Of a DNA stretch of 64,000 bases, positions 40,401 to 51,300 are shown piece after piece. A program made the position numbers and the translations under genes. A model generated the notes under the pieces. The model was not told the DNA's origin, searched no databases, and worked only from the letters and a program-made list of their open reading frames with translations. Numbering within the stretch: position 1 is the stretch's first letter; each line of letters starts with the position of its first letter. Source of the stretch: Amoebophrya sp. A120 (lineage: Eukaryota > Protista > Dinoflagellata); the NCBI GenBank assembly GCA_905178155.1, contig CAJINV010000002.1, positions 1,339,809-1,403,808 of the forward strand. Reading direction: 5' to 3'.

Positions 40401-43400
40401 AATGAAAAAACACTTGGCTAATGGTGATTTCATGTAGAAGCGAGTACAACTTTGCATCACAACCACAAATGAAAAGCATCTTTATTCATTCACAAAAACG
40501 ATTTACAACTCCTACCACGTCCTTCTTCTTTGCCTTTTTCCCGCCTTCCTGCAGTGCGACCGCTTTTCCGTATTCCTCGCCGCGCAGCTCTTCGTAATTC
40601 TCCGTCGTCAGCATGTTTTCATTCGAGTACACGTCCCAGCAAATTTCGAACGGCGAAATCGGCTTGAAAAAGTTCAAGTAAATGTCGTTGCTGTTGTGGT
40701 GTCCCCCCATACCGCCCATGTTATTTCCCCCGTCCACCGCGCCGTCCGCTTCCCCCCAATTGTTCCGGTAATTGTAGTAATCCGGGGCCTCGTTGTAAAA
40801 TTCGTCCACCCAATTGTTGCTCGCCGTGTTCGCCTGCTCCTTGGACGCCGTTACGGCAGAAGCCGGATTCGGGCCGAGTCCGGGGGCCGCCGCGGTGGTC
40901 GGGGCGTTACCGAGGGGAATCACCGCGTTTTGCTTGTTCTCATTGTACCGGTCCTCGTACTGAAAAGTCGCTTCGACTAACTTGGCATGGAATTTAAACC
41001 TGCCGGACCCGAACATGTCGATCAATTGCGCGCCGAGCGGCAGAGTCTGGATGTCCGAAAGCTTGCCCGTCTCCATCTGGCAAATGGTCGTGAGCTGTGG
41101 AAAAATCCCATTGTCCCGAGCAGAATTCCTGATTTGGAGGAGTTAAACAATCAATAAATGGTGGTCATGTGATATGTCTGCATGACAGATTCACATAGTC
41201 AATCAGAAGCTGCACGACATCATGATGGACACCGTAACGTTCTTGTACACAATACTTGCCAGAAGTTCACGCGTGTTCAGCATCACAGATCCAAAAACCA
41301 AAGACACAAAGACATCCACATTCAATACTGTGCATAGTATCCGCCCATTGCTCCGGCGTATAAATCCCCGCCAACCCCGCCGGCCCCGGCCGCATCCCCT
41401 TCTGCAGCCATGACACTCGGGTCGCCCGCGGCCGGGGGGTAGCAATCTTCGTCTGGGGTGTTGACTTGGGAGTCCGTTTTAAACTCGATGTACAGCTTTT
41501 TCCAGTCGGGCTCCAGGTAGATGATAATGTCCCGCGGGTTGCAACTCATCATCTCGGCGAAGGTTTGCTGTAAATCCTCTTTCATCGTCTCCCGGCTCTC
41601 AATGTCCTTCGGAATCTCCATCACCATCTGAACCGCCCGGCGCGGGTCTATATCAAATGCAAATATGTCTGGGTCTGGAAGGTTCTTAGACTTGTGGTGC
41701 ACGTTTTGCATGAGCCATGATGTCTGTGATGCATGCCCTAGCATCACAGATGTTTTGAGGGCATCTTGATGCCCATTCCGCATGACAAATGCCCTTTCCG
41801 CGTAGCAAAAATCGCGTTCCCTTTGCTGCTCATGCAATGCAGATTTTTTTGGAATTCAAATGCAGCATCACAAGGTGCATTCTTCCAGACCCAGACATTT
41901 TTGCATTTGCTAGTCCAACCCCTTAAACAACATGTCCTGCAGCAACTGCTCTTTCGCGTTCAAATTTTCCGGCTGGCTGTGCGGCCCGGGCTTCTTCCTT
42001 TTTGGGTTTTCCGTGTCCCGGATCTTCGTGTTGCCGATCAGTAAGTTCGGCGAGAACGACGCGAGCAGAAGGGACTTTAAAATGTGTGATGGGGTGTTGA
42101 ACAGTTCCGAGGGCTTGGCTTCCTCGTAGTAGTACGGACTGAGAAGGCAAATCAATTTATTAATGTCGTCATGCAGCTGCGAATCGCGGTGCACGAACTT
42201 CTTGAACCGGGTGGCCGTGTCCAGCACGTTCATACACAAATGTACGCACCGCTTCGGCACCACAGCGTAATGGCGGGAAAAGTTTTGGGAGAATTTCGTG
42301 AAGCTCGCGCGGTGGTTTTCCTGCACGTACCCCCTTCTGTGGGAGAACTGCTTCTGCTTGAAGAGGTAAAAATCCGCCATCCACTGGACGAAAAGATTCC
42401 GGAGCATCAGCGGTTCCGAGTACTGGCCCGCGTCGAAGTGCTTCCGGGATAAGTAGGACCGTTTAATCGCCTGCGCGTACTCCGTTTGGTCCTTGATCAC
42501 CAAATGCGTCGGGAGCGTGAAAGGGTCTTGCGTCGATAAAGCAGAGGCGATGACAATCGCATCACCTATACACCCGAACAAAGCCCCGTACACCACCAGA
42601 CGGCAGAGGTAGATGTCCAGGGGGAGTGTGAGCATGAGATGCCCGAGGAGGGACAGCTCCGCCTCCTCGTTGTTCGAGGTCAACGCGCCCATCTCGACGA
42701 GAGTAGCAATCGACCGTTCCAGCGCGCTCGTATCTGGCGGCTGCGCCGTTAACCGGAGCAGCTCCCGGGGCTTCAGCTTCCGTGCCACCGGGATCCCGCT
42801 GGTCGGGTTGTTCGGGTCGTCCGGGATGGGGAAGGGGGGGAGTTTATTCTGGGTAAAAACGCTCCCACCAGATAGTCAAGTTGAATAATCTGCAACACAA
42901 GTCTCCAGGCTTTGGAAGTTCTGCATGACAAGTTTCCGTCTGTAGTATAGTCCTGTTTGGAAAGGACAGGCGCATCACAAAGACCTCTCCTCATCCTGTT
43001 TACAGCATTACAAATATCAGAAACCGATTACAGATTCAATTTCTCTATATGTAAATGCGCATCACAGATATTTCTGTAGATGCAATTCTGCATGGCAACT
43101 ACGGGGTGGAACCGTTTTTACATAGCATAGAGTTTCGCGGCCAGGAATTTCACGTTGACGTACAACTTCTCTAAAGGTGCGGTCTCCATCTCGGGTGCGT
43201 CAAATTCCGGCAGTTGCTCGTAGAACCCCCGTGTGTACAGCCTGATGTTCGTCCCGGCGAAGACACGCCCTGTGCGTCCCATGCGCTGCTTCACCGACGC
43301 CTGCGAGACCCAGGTGGTGGACAAACAGCTCATGTGCCGCCGGGAATCGTAAATGAGCTGGCGGCGCAACCCGAAGTCAATGACGAACCGGATATTTGGG

Positions 43401-46400
43401 ATCGTCAGCGAGGATTCGGCAATGTTACTGGCGAGAATCACGTGGCAACTGTTGCTGTCCGGGGGGGAGTATGCAGTGCAAAAGTTGTGTCAGCTAGTAA
43501 TAGCACAAAATGCAATACAAATTTTATTTTCGAGTTGTTGGTGAAGAAAAGTCGAATTGCAATTTGTAATGCTGGGAGGTCACTTATAGACGAAAGATCT
43601 CTGCTCATGCAGGATTTCAATGCCCCGGAGCACGATCCAACTTTCGCACTGGATAGGGAAAAAACAGCGGACTCCTGCTCGTCTTTCGGAATCAAGGAGT
43701 GCAGGACGAAAATGCGGTACCTGATGAAGAAGAATTTGTCATGCTAAACAGAAGTGTAGAAGAAATTTTTCATGCGTTCGCGTTGCAAGCTTTTTGAAAC
43801 AACCCAGTTGAGTATGAGTGCTCCGCGCGTAATATGTAGCTCATCTTCCAATGCAGGAAAATGGTATGGTGTCTAGTACGCAACGACTAGTACGACAGGA
43901 GTTTAAGTATCCAAAACAAAACAAACGCTATCGTGTCTAAAATCAGGAGTGTTTGATCATACCGCATCCCCGCGTTATTGTGATTGCCTCCGCCAATTTG
44001 TTCCAATGGGAGTAATTGGTCGTGCAACTCCGTAATTTCGCCTATACCCGGCAGAAACACCAAAATCCCCTCGCCGCCCTTGGCCGACTGCATGATAATC
44101 TCCTTCACAACCAACTCAAAATCCTTCGTGATCGTGGCGTGCGGCATTCTCTGCCCCCGGTGGTTGCTGAACTTGCCGAATTTTCCGAACTTGTTCAAAT
44201 TCACGCCCTGGGTCGCGTGGTTCGTCGCGTTCCCGCTCCCGGCATTCATCGCGGAAGTTTCTGCCTCGTCTTCCGTATCGCTGTTTTGGTCGAGCAGAGA
44301 CGATTCGGGTTGCTGTTGATTATTATTCCCATACCCCAGAGAGTTGTTCAACTGCGCCTGCAGGTTCGCCGAATAAGCGCTGAGCTGCTGGTTCGGATCC
44401 TGAGCGGCTGCTGCGGTGTTTTGGAGGTAATTGTTGTTGTTTCCAGCACCTCCCCCACCGCCCATAGACCGGAAGTCCTTGAACTGGTAAGTCCCGTTCC
44501 TAATCGCGTCTGTCGACTCCGGCGAGAACGTGTACCGGTCGTGCAGTTCGTCCAAGTGTACCTCCTCCACGTCAAACCGCTTGGCCCCGACCTGAATCGG
44601 GTTCACGCGTCTTCTGCCCCCGCAGAAGTAGCGGCCGAACAGGTCGCCCTGCAAGGTGGCGGACATGATAACTAACCGGAACTGCGCGGATTGCATTTGT
44701 AATTTCACGACCAGATTCACCAGGTCCGCGTCAATGTCGCGCTCGTGCACTTCGTCCAGGACGATGTGCGAGTAGTCGTTGAGCCGCTCTGGGTTGTTCA
44801 CGACTACCTGTAATAAATACCCTGTGGTGACGAAGACAATCTGGGTGTGCTTCTTCACCGCCGTGTCTCCGCTGATTTGGTACCCGACGGAGTTCCCGAG
44901 CTCCTCCCCCAGTACGGACGCCACCCGCTTCGCTAAAGAAATGCACGCAATCCGCCTGGGCTGCGTGACCAGCACTTTAAGCCGCGGGGGGACCGACATC
45001 ATGGCGTGCTTGTCCACCGTGTCGTTGATGGCCTCGTATCAAATGTAAAAATGTCTGGGTCTGGAAGAATGCAACTTGTGATGCTGCATTTGGATTCCAA
45101 AAAAATCTGTATTGCATTAGTACCAAAGGAAATGCAATTCTTGCTACGCTGAGAAGGCATCTGTCATGCGGAATACGCATCAAGAAGCCCTCAAAAAATC
45201 TGTATTGCTAGGGTATGCATCACACCAGACATCATGACTCATGCAAAACGTGCATGACAAGTCTCAGAATCTTCCAGATCCAGACATTTTTGCATTTGAT
45301 ACCTCGATGGGGTTCGCGATGCCCGGCGTGCCGGCGACTGCGGACCCAAACGTGCCGGAAGAGGAATGCATCAACGGGTCTAAATTGTCCGGGTCGGCGC
45401 TGTATGGATTGTAAAAGTGTCTGGGTCTGGAAGAATCCAACTTGTCATGGTAAATCTGAAGCATGCAAAAATCTGTGTTGCATGAGTGCCGAAAGCTGTC
45501 CACTTTTGACCAAGTTGGAGGGGAGTTTCTCATGCAGGATAGGCATGGCAGAGACCTCGCAGAGTCTGTCATGCTAAGTCCCGCATTCCAGACTTCGCGG
45601 GTCATGGAAAATCTGCATGACAAGTTTGAACTTTTCCAGACCCAGACACTTTTACATTTGATACGCTGGCGGAGTTGGGGTCCGCGGAATTCGTGTGGGC
45701 CAGCCCGGTCTGCTCTTCGTACTGGGAGAGCAACCGCGGGTTATGCATCAGTCCGGCGTCCCACATCTCCTTCAGATACACCGGGACCCGGGTGGACTTA
45801 CCGCAACCTGTCGTGTGGATTTTTTGATTCGGTTCATGTGGTTGACGGCATGCTGTGCACATTGACAATCTATTTGCGGTGAAGACCTACACCTTCACTA
45901 TCAATACCGCATAGCAAGTTTTTATACCTGTATCCCCCTGAATGCAGGTGATTCGGTGCCTTAAAAAATGGCGAACGATGCGTCTTTTGAACGCGTCGAT
46001 CGGCAGCGCCTCCCCCTCCGGAATGTGAAAATTGATTGCCGTGCCCGTTGGCGGTTTTTTCGAACCCTTCTTGCTCCCCTTGCCGCCGCCCTTTGTTGTG
46101 TTGTTGTTTTTACCGCCCGTTGCATGCGTCGGTCCCGTTCCGGAAGTAGTTTGGTCTGCTTTGCTCGCACTTGTACCACTGGTCTCCTTATTGTTGGTTG
46201 CGTTATTTGTCGCAGCAGCCGCTCCACCTCCAGTAGTTGTGCTGCTACTCGCCGCACCTGAGCTGGCACCACTTACAGGCCCCGAAGCACTGGTGCTCGT
46301 ACCGGTACCACTACTACTCGCCGCTGCCGCGGCCTGCTGTGCGGCAACCGCCGCGGCGGCAGGGCCAGAGGGGTTCATGGCCAAGCCTTGCGCGGTCGCC

Positions 46401-46603
46401 CACGCAGCCGCCTCAGAAGCCCACTGGTTATACACAGGGTCGTCCGTGGTGGATGTTGTTCCGGCAGGTGCAGCGGCACTACTACTTGATGTCCACCCCG
46501 CTGCTCCGCCACCGGCCCCGGCTTTGTTGGCCTTGCCCGAGGAGGCGGTCGTGGAAGCTGCTGCTCCTGCGCCACCGCCAGCAGCCTCGCCATACCAATC
46601 CAT
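34421..46603 (-). CDS. DEAH-box RNA helicase (Spindle-E/TDRD9-like) with WG/GW-rich tail, WW domain and PAM2-like motif; ~3020 aa, 17 exons
   Basis: Motifs GDTG|CGKST, TQPRR, DEVHER, MSAT, FLPG, LHS, SNIAESSLTIP, VIDF, QRMGRTGR and an HA2 region (LGHLMLTLPLD). Seven GT-AG introns (45808-45927, 43721-43962, 41095-41194, 40325-40515, 39722-39862, 38953-39088, 34640-34822), eight TIR introners and one intron near 41250-41322. Summed exons are 9063 nt, divisible by 3. WW domain: PIPEGWKAAQDPKTGRTYYWNVRTKETQWKKP. Confidence 0.88.
36066..36221. mobile_element. TIR introner, family B
   Basis: TATGCATT(A/G)CAAAAGTATCG TIR. TSD CAGAG/CGGAT, 2 mismatches. Joins QNTTS|ASSDNW. Confidence 0.88.
37407..37714. 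mobile_element. TIR introner, family C
   Basis: ~43-bp TIR TATGGAAGCGTCA-G-TTGAAATCG-CAAAGTTGAAATAGTTTG. TSD CAGTC at 37402-37406 and 37715-37719. Joins KGRL|IKEID. Confidence 0.95.
37926..38096. mobile_element. TIR introner, family B
   Basis: Family B TIRs. TSD TCGAT/TCGAA. Joins AMSLS|NQGN. Confidence 0.9.
41651..41912. mobile_element. TIR introner, family A
   Basis: Family A TIRs. TSD GTCTA/GTCCA. Joins FKGLD|PRRAV. Confidence 0.92.
42845..43129. mobile_element. TIR introner, family D
   Basis: TIR TAT(T/G)CTnnGTAAAAACG(C/G)T(C/T)CCACCnnnTAGT. TSD GAGTT at 42840-42844 and 43130-43134. Joins AAKL|PPFP. Confidence 0.88.
43470..43655. mobile_element. TIR introner, family B-like
   Basis: TIR TAT(G/C)CAGTGC(A/G)AAAGTTG. 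TSD GGGAG/GGGAA. Joins SAVFS|PPDSNSCHVILASN inside the helicase core. Confidence 0.88.
45037..45301. mobile_element. TIR introner, family A
   Basis: Family A TIRs. TSD CCTCG at 45032-45036 and 45302-45306. The interior is a reverse-complement homologue of 41651-41912. Confidence 0.95.
45403..45663. mobile_element. TIR introner, family A
   Basis: Family A TIRs. TSD CGCTG at 45398-45402 and 45664-45668. The interior is a reverse-complement homologue of 9770-10052. Confidence 0.95.
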
Positions 46604-48343
46604 CTTCGTTCAGCGACAGGTTCTTGTGAACGTAAATGACTTATCAGGCTTTAGTCAGATGACTCTCGGGCTACCGTAGGCTGGCGCTAATCATTCAGCT
46701 TCTCGCCGTAAAGTAGAGCCAATTATCAATTGCTACCGCCAACGGTGACCAGCACGCGTCTCGTAGTTCGGCGCGGGCGGGAGTTGTTCTGTGTTGCTGA
46801 TCGATGAAACTGAAACTGAAACTTGTGGTCGCACACAAGAATCGATACAGGCCGTTGTAATTGTAAGCCACCTGTCGCAGTTCTTTGTCCCTGCTTCTCT
46901 ACCACGAGTAGTTCGCGGTGGCTTTTTGCCAAAGCCATTGACGGATGCAGCACTGGTATCGAAGAACTTCGACCAGGCAACTACAGATGTTGAAAAATTG
47001 TTGTCCCGAGTGGTCATCAAATCAAGGGCCACCCCCGCCGAGAGTGCTATCACGCTGCTGGTGCTTGTTTTCCGCTCCTGCGGAGATTAATTCTTCCGGT
47101 TTTTTTTACCATGTGAAAATGAAGTGCTGGCGCCTGATATCAAAATTATCGTGCGAGCAACATGAGACGTGGGGCTGGCGCCAGAGTGTCTGTACAAGAA
47201 CTACTACCTATGTATACGATTCGAATATATCGACCTGTTGTTGTAACAATACCACCACTTTTTCGTAACGCTCTACGTAGTAGGGTCACAAAAAAAAACC
47301 ACACAAATGTAGATGTGAGTAACTTGCTACCCTCTAAAATGGATATCAAATTTCCAATAACTTTGAATATAAAATGGCAAAAGAATGATCATGAATGGGA
47401 TTCAAAGGAAATACCTCACGAGCACAACAACATGTTGAGGTTGCCTGTAGATGTATTTAGTGGGGATACATCAAAATCATGCGGGGCAGAGCAACGAAAT
47501 AAGGTGGCTGTGGTCTGTATGATAATGTGGCTCTGTGTCTGATGTGTTGTCTACTATACTAATACGGACCTTTATTGCTGCTGAATGCAGAGGATAAAAC
47601 TTATCGATGTTGATTCTTGATCGTTTCGCGCAGCTCGCTCAAAAATATCTAGATGCAAAATATGGTTGATGCAGCTTCGGACAACAAGCGACACAAGGCT
47701 TGAAGTAGCAGTTGCTACAGCTACTTCTAGTATTCGAGGTTCAAGGGAAGCTGCCACCAGCGTCGCTGGAAATAAAAAACGGAAGACTGAAGACACAACT
47801 AGTAGACTCGTTGACGAGAGAGCGCTGAACAAGAACTGGAATGATTGTGCCACCATCTTCCGGAGCTGCGTTGCCACGGCAACGGCTGCGAACACGAGGG
47901 CGTAGAGTCCTGAAAATGCAATTCCAATTCATCTATTGCACAGATCACAACATAGATATAAACGTCTTTCCAGAAACAAGTTGGTGCATGGTTCGATTTT
48001 TTCCATTTCTCAATCATGAACAGTTCGTCGTGCACATAGGGTCTTGGTCTTGCAGGTGATGGCTTCCGAGCCCATGAGCGTCCTTGCTCTACTGCAACAT
48101 CGATTCTGCTTCCTGTTGGTAAGTACAAACCGAAACCCTGCACCTGCAAGAAAACAATACATCTACGCGAAATACAGTGTGCATTTTGTCAATTATGCTG
48201 TCGTGAAAGATACTACGCCTACGCAGTAGACTCTACAAATTTAAATTTTCAGTTTTAGTACTATTACGCATACGCGCGACTGATACGCGGCAAAATAATA
48301 AAAGTACTTTCTGTTTCTTATACATAGTTCACAAGTGGAAATT

Positions 48344-51300
48344 TCAGTTAAACTCGTCCCCACCCCTAAGCCAGGAGAGAATTGTTTCCGTTTCCAATTG
48401 CAGCGGGTTTGGATGACCGATTTCTTTCCTCGTGGCAGCCAGAAGTGGCACAAGACTGGGATCATCTTCTCGTCGCGGCCCCCCCTTTTTTGTGTTTTTT
48501 CGCCGGGGGTGTTGAGGTGCATGGCACGAAGATCCTGGTTCTCTTGGAGCGGGTAGAAAAGCCCGATGTTCATCTCCGTGCGGGGCGAGGGACAAGACGT
48601 GACAAGAACTACGCGCGTATGGAAAAGGGGCGCAAGGAGAGGTAGATTCACAACTTCGTGCACCTCCATAAAAATGCACTGGCGCAGGGTCGTCGTGGGC
48701 AGCTTCTGGTTGCGAGCGTGGTCGGCGACAGGATGGCGCGACCCGCAGGTGATCTACTTCCGGGGAACTCCTGTTACGCACGACCTGGGCCTCCTCTAGT
48801 TGTACTGCAGCCGGACCGGTGGAAGCGCCACGTAGTTCTTGCCGCCGGGCACCGCCCCATCTCCGATCTACTTCACGAAGTGCACAAGAACCATTTCCTA
48901 CTTCGAAGCTGCCCCAATGAATGCTGGACTCGGTGAGGAGGAAAATCACCTCCGTGTTCTCATTCAGTGTCACCTTCACAAACCGCTTTTGCAGAGGAAC
49001 ACGCTTGATCTTCTTCTGTGGAGGTGCCACACGTCTCCTGTTGGTCTTCGACTTCGGGGAAGATGATGAACTATTTTTCCACTGTCTTTTTCTGTTCTTT
49101 CGTGCTAGTTTCTCAGGTGTAGCAGATTCTGGTCTTTCTTTCATTTGTTCTGTTCGACTTCTAGCACTTGCACTCCTCCTTCTACTGCTGCGGGATCGCG
49201 ATCGCGAAGTGGATTTGATCGTTCTTGCGCCAGCTGCACTGCTTGCAGTGGTCCCATCAGCGTTTATTTTCATTTTGTGCAAGTCCTGATAATCCTCGAC
49301 GTCGTCCTCCGAAGCACGGCGTGGCCCTGATAAGAACGCGACATCTTGTTCCGATGTGTAGTCCACTTCCGAGAAGACTGAAGGACGAGAGGAGTCTGCG
49401 TCGGAGCAGCTTGAGTTGGTTTTCTCGTTTTGTTGTAGTTCCACCCCTGACGATGAGCGGCCTTTCCTTCGGCGGATTTTGCTGTTTTTCACCCCAGCGA
49501 CTTCTACTTCGCGGAAGAAGTACTGCTTGAACCTGGTACTATTTTCTGCGCTTTTCTGTCGCTCTCTATCTCTTTTCAGCCGCCGCTGGCGCGACGACCA
49601 GGCGGGACATAGTACTTCATCTACAGGTTCTTCTTGATCTCGTTCGGTTCGTTGGTCTAGTGCATCTTCTTGGCGACCCATGCCAGAAAGCTCCTCGTCC
49701 CCGGAATCCATGGAGAAACTGGCGGCGTCATCAGCTGATGGAGATGATTCTCCACAACTATCTTGTTGAGAGATACTGTCTTCAGGCACCACAACCTCTT
49801 CCAGCCCCTCGTCCGAAAGGAATTCGAAATCCCCTTCATCTAGTTCCTGCGGGAAGAGACGCTGCCTATGCAACGCAAAAGCATCGCAAGTTAGTAGTCC
49901 TCGGACTGATTGCAGATATGCATGCAGCTCTTCTCATCTACTCAGTCGTTCCTCAGGTAAATCATTCAACATGACAAATTGCATTTGTCACCACGCTAAG
50001 CAAATTTGCGATGCCAAAAAATGCCAGTACTTTAGTTAACGACGTTTTTGCACTGCATACTGCCATCCCCGCACCCATTTCGTGACGGTCGCAAGGGTCA
50101 TTTGGCACGTGATCACCAGGAGCTGGAGCTTTTCCGGTGCCCGCTTTTTATTCAGCAGAGCCGTGAGGAAGTACTCCGTCAGGGCGCCATCCGGGCCCAT
50201 CATTTCCTCGATGCTATCCCAGTGATCTTCTATCATCACCCGGTGTTCTCTGAACTTTCCACTGTGGTCGACCGCTTCGTAGTTTTTACCAGCACTATTT
50301 CTACTTCCCTGTCTTTCCGCATCGTCTGCGATTCGCTCTAGCGTTTCCTGCAGCTCCCGGACCCTTGCGGCCACCCGCGCCTGCTGCTGCTGTTGAGTAG
50401 CAGGAGGTGTAATTTTTCCCCCGGCGACGTTGGACTCCTCTTCGGCACGTTGCTCGTATTTGGCTAGCTCCGCGAGAAAATTCGACCTGTAGGGGTCTCC
50501 TACAATGCCGGGGGCAGCCGCATCCGGAGTTGCATGCTGTTCTTGTGCCCTCCCGGAGCCGTCGTTCTTGACCACCACATCTACCTTCGGGATTAGCAGG
50601 CCCGCAAGCCAGGCTACGTACATCAACTCGTGCTGTATGATGTTGGTCCGTCCGCGGAAGCTGAGGTTAGAAGCAGTGCCCATCTCCATCTCGTCGTCAT
50701 CCGCGTGGAGTGCTATGGGTCGTTCGTCGTCTCGCGGCTCTCCTGTTCTTGTCCTAGCAGCGTCCGCCTCCGGAAGCAGAAGATCGCGGTCATCCCGCCT
50801 TTCATGTTGTTCCAGAGCAAAATCGTCCTCTGAACAAGAATCTGCAGGAGCTCCTGTGGAGAAAAAGTCCATAAACGTCAGCAGCAAGCGCGCCTTCAAT
50901 TCTTGCGCTCCTTCCGCATGATCTTCCCGTTCTTCGGGGGTCATGCAGGTCGACGCGGTTGCTGTTGCAGCAGTAGTACAACCCTGAGAGAACAACTCCT
51001 GGTTGTTCTGACCGCGACTAGAGACGACAGGACTAGCGGAACTTGAACTACTTGCCGCTGGAGTAGTTGTCAATGGAGTTGTTGTGCTTGATTGCTGTAC
51101 TGCACTTCTTGCTGCTTCTCTTCCAGTGTCCTTGTCTACTACTTCCAGCGAAGAACTATGAGCTCCATCGCTGCTCCCTCGCCCTCCTTCCTTCACGTAG
51201 TGCAACGCGAAGTTGTCCGGGTGGTACTCCACCAACTTCAACCGCTTCGCCGCCATATCCCGCTCACTGACCGGATTTCCGGAGTCCGCGAACAGCTTTT

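Noticed and set aside
46726-48229. Possible small genes upstream of the helicase (also 20559-21011 and 2434-2799)
   Set aside because: Short ORFs with no recognisable motif or consistent splice structure; I cannot support them from sequence alone.
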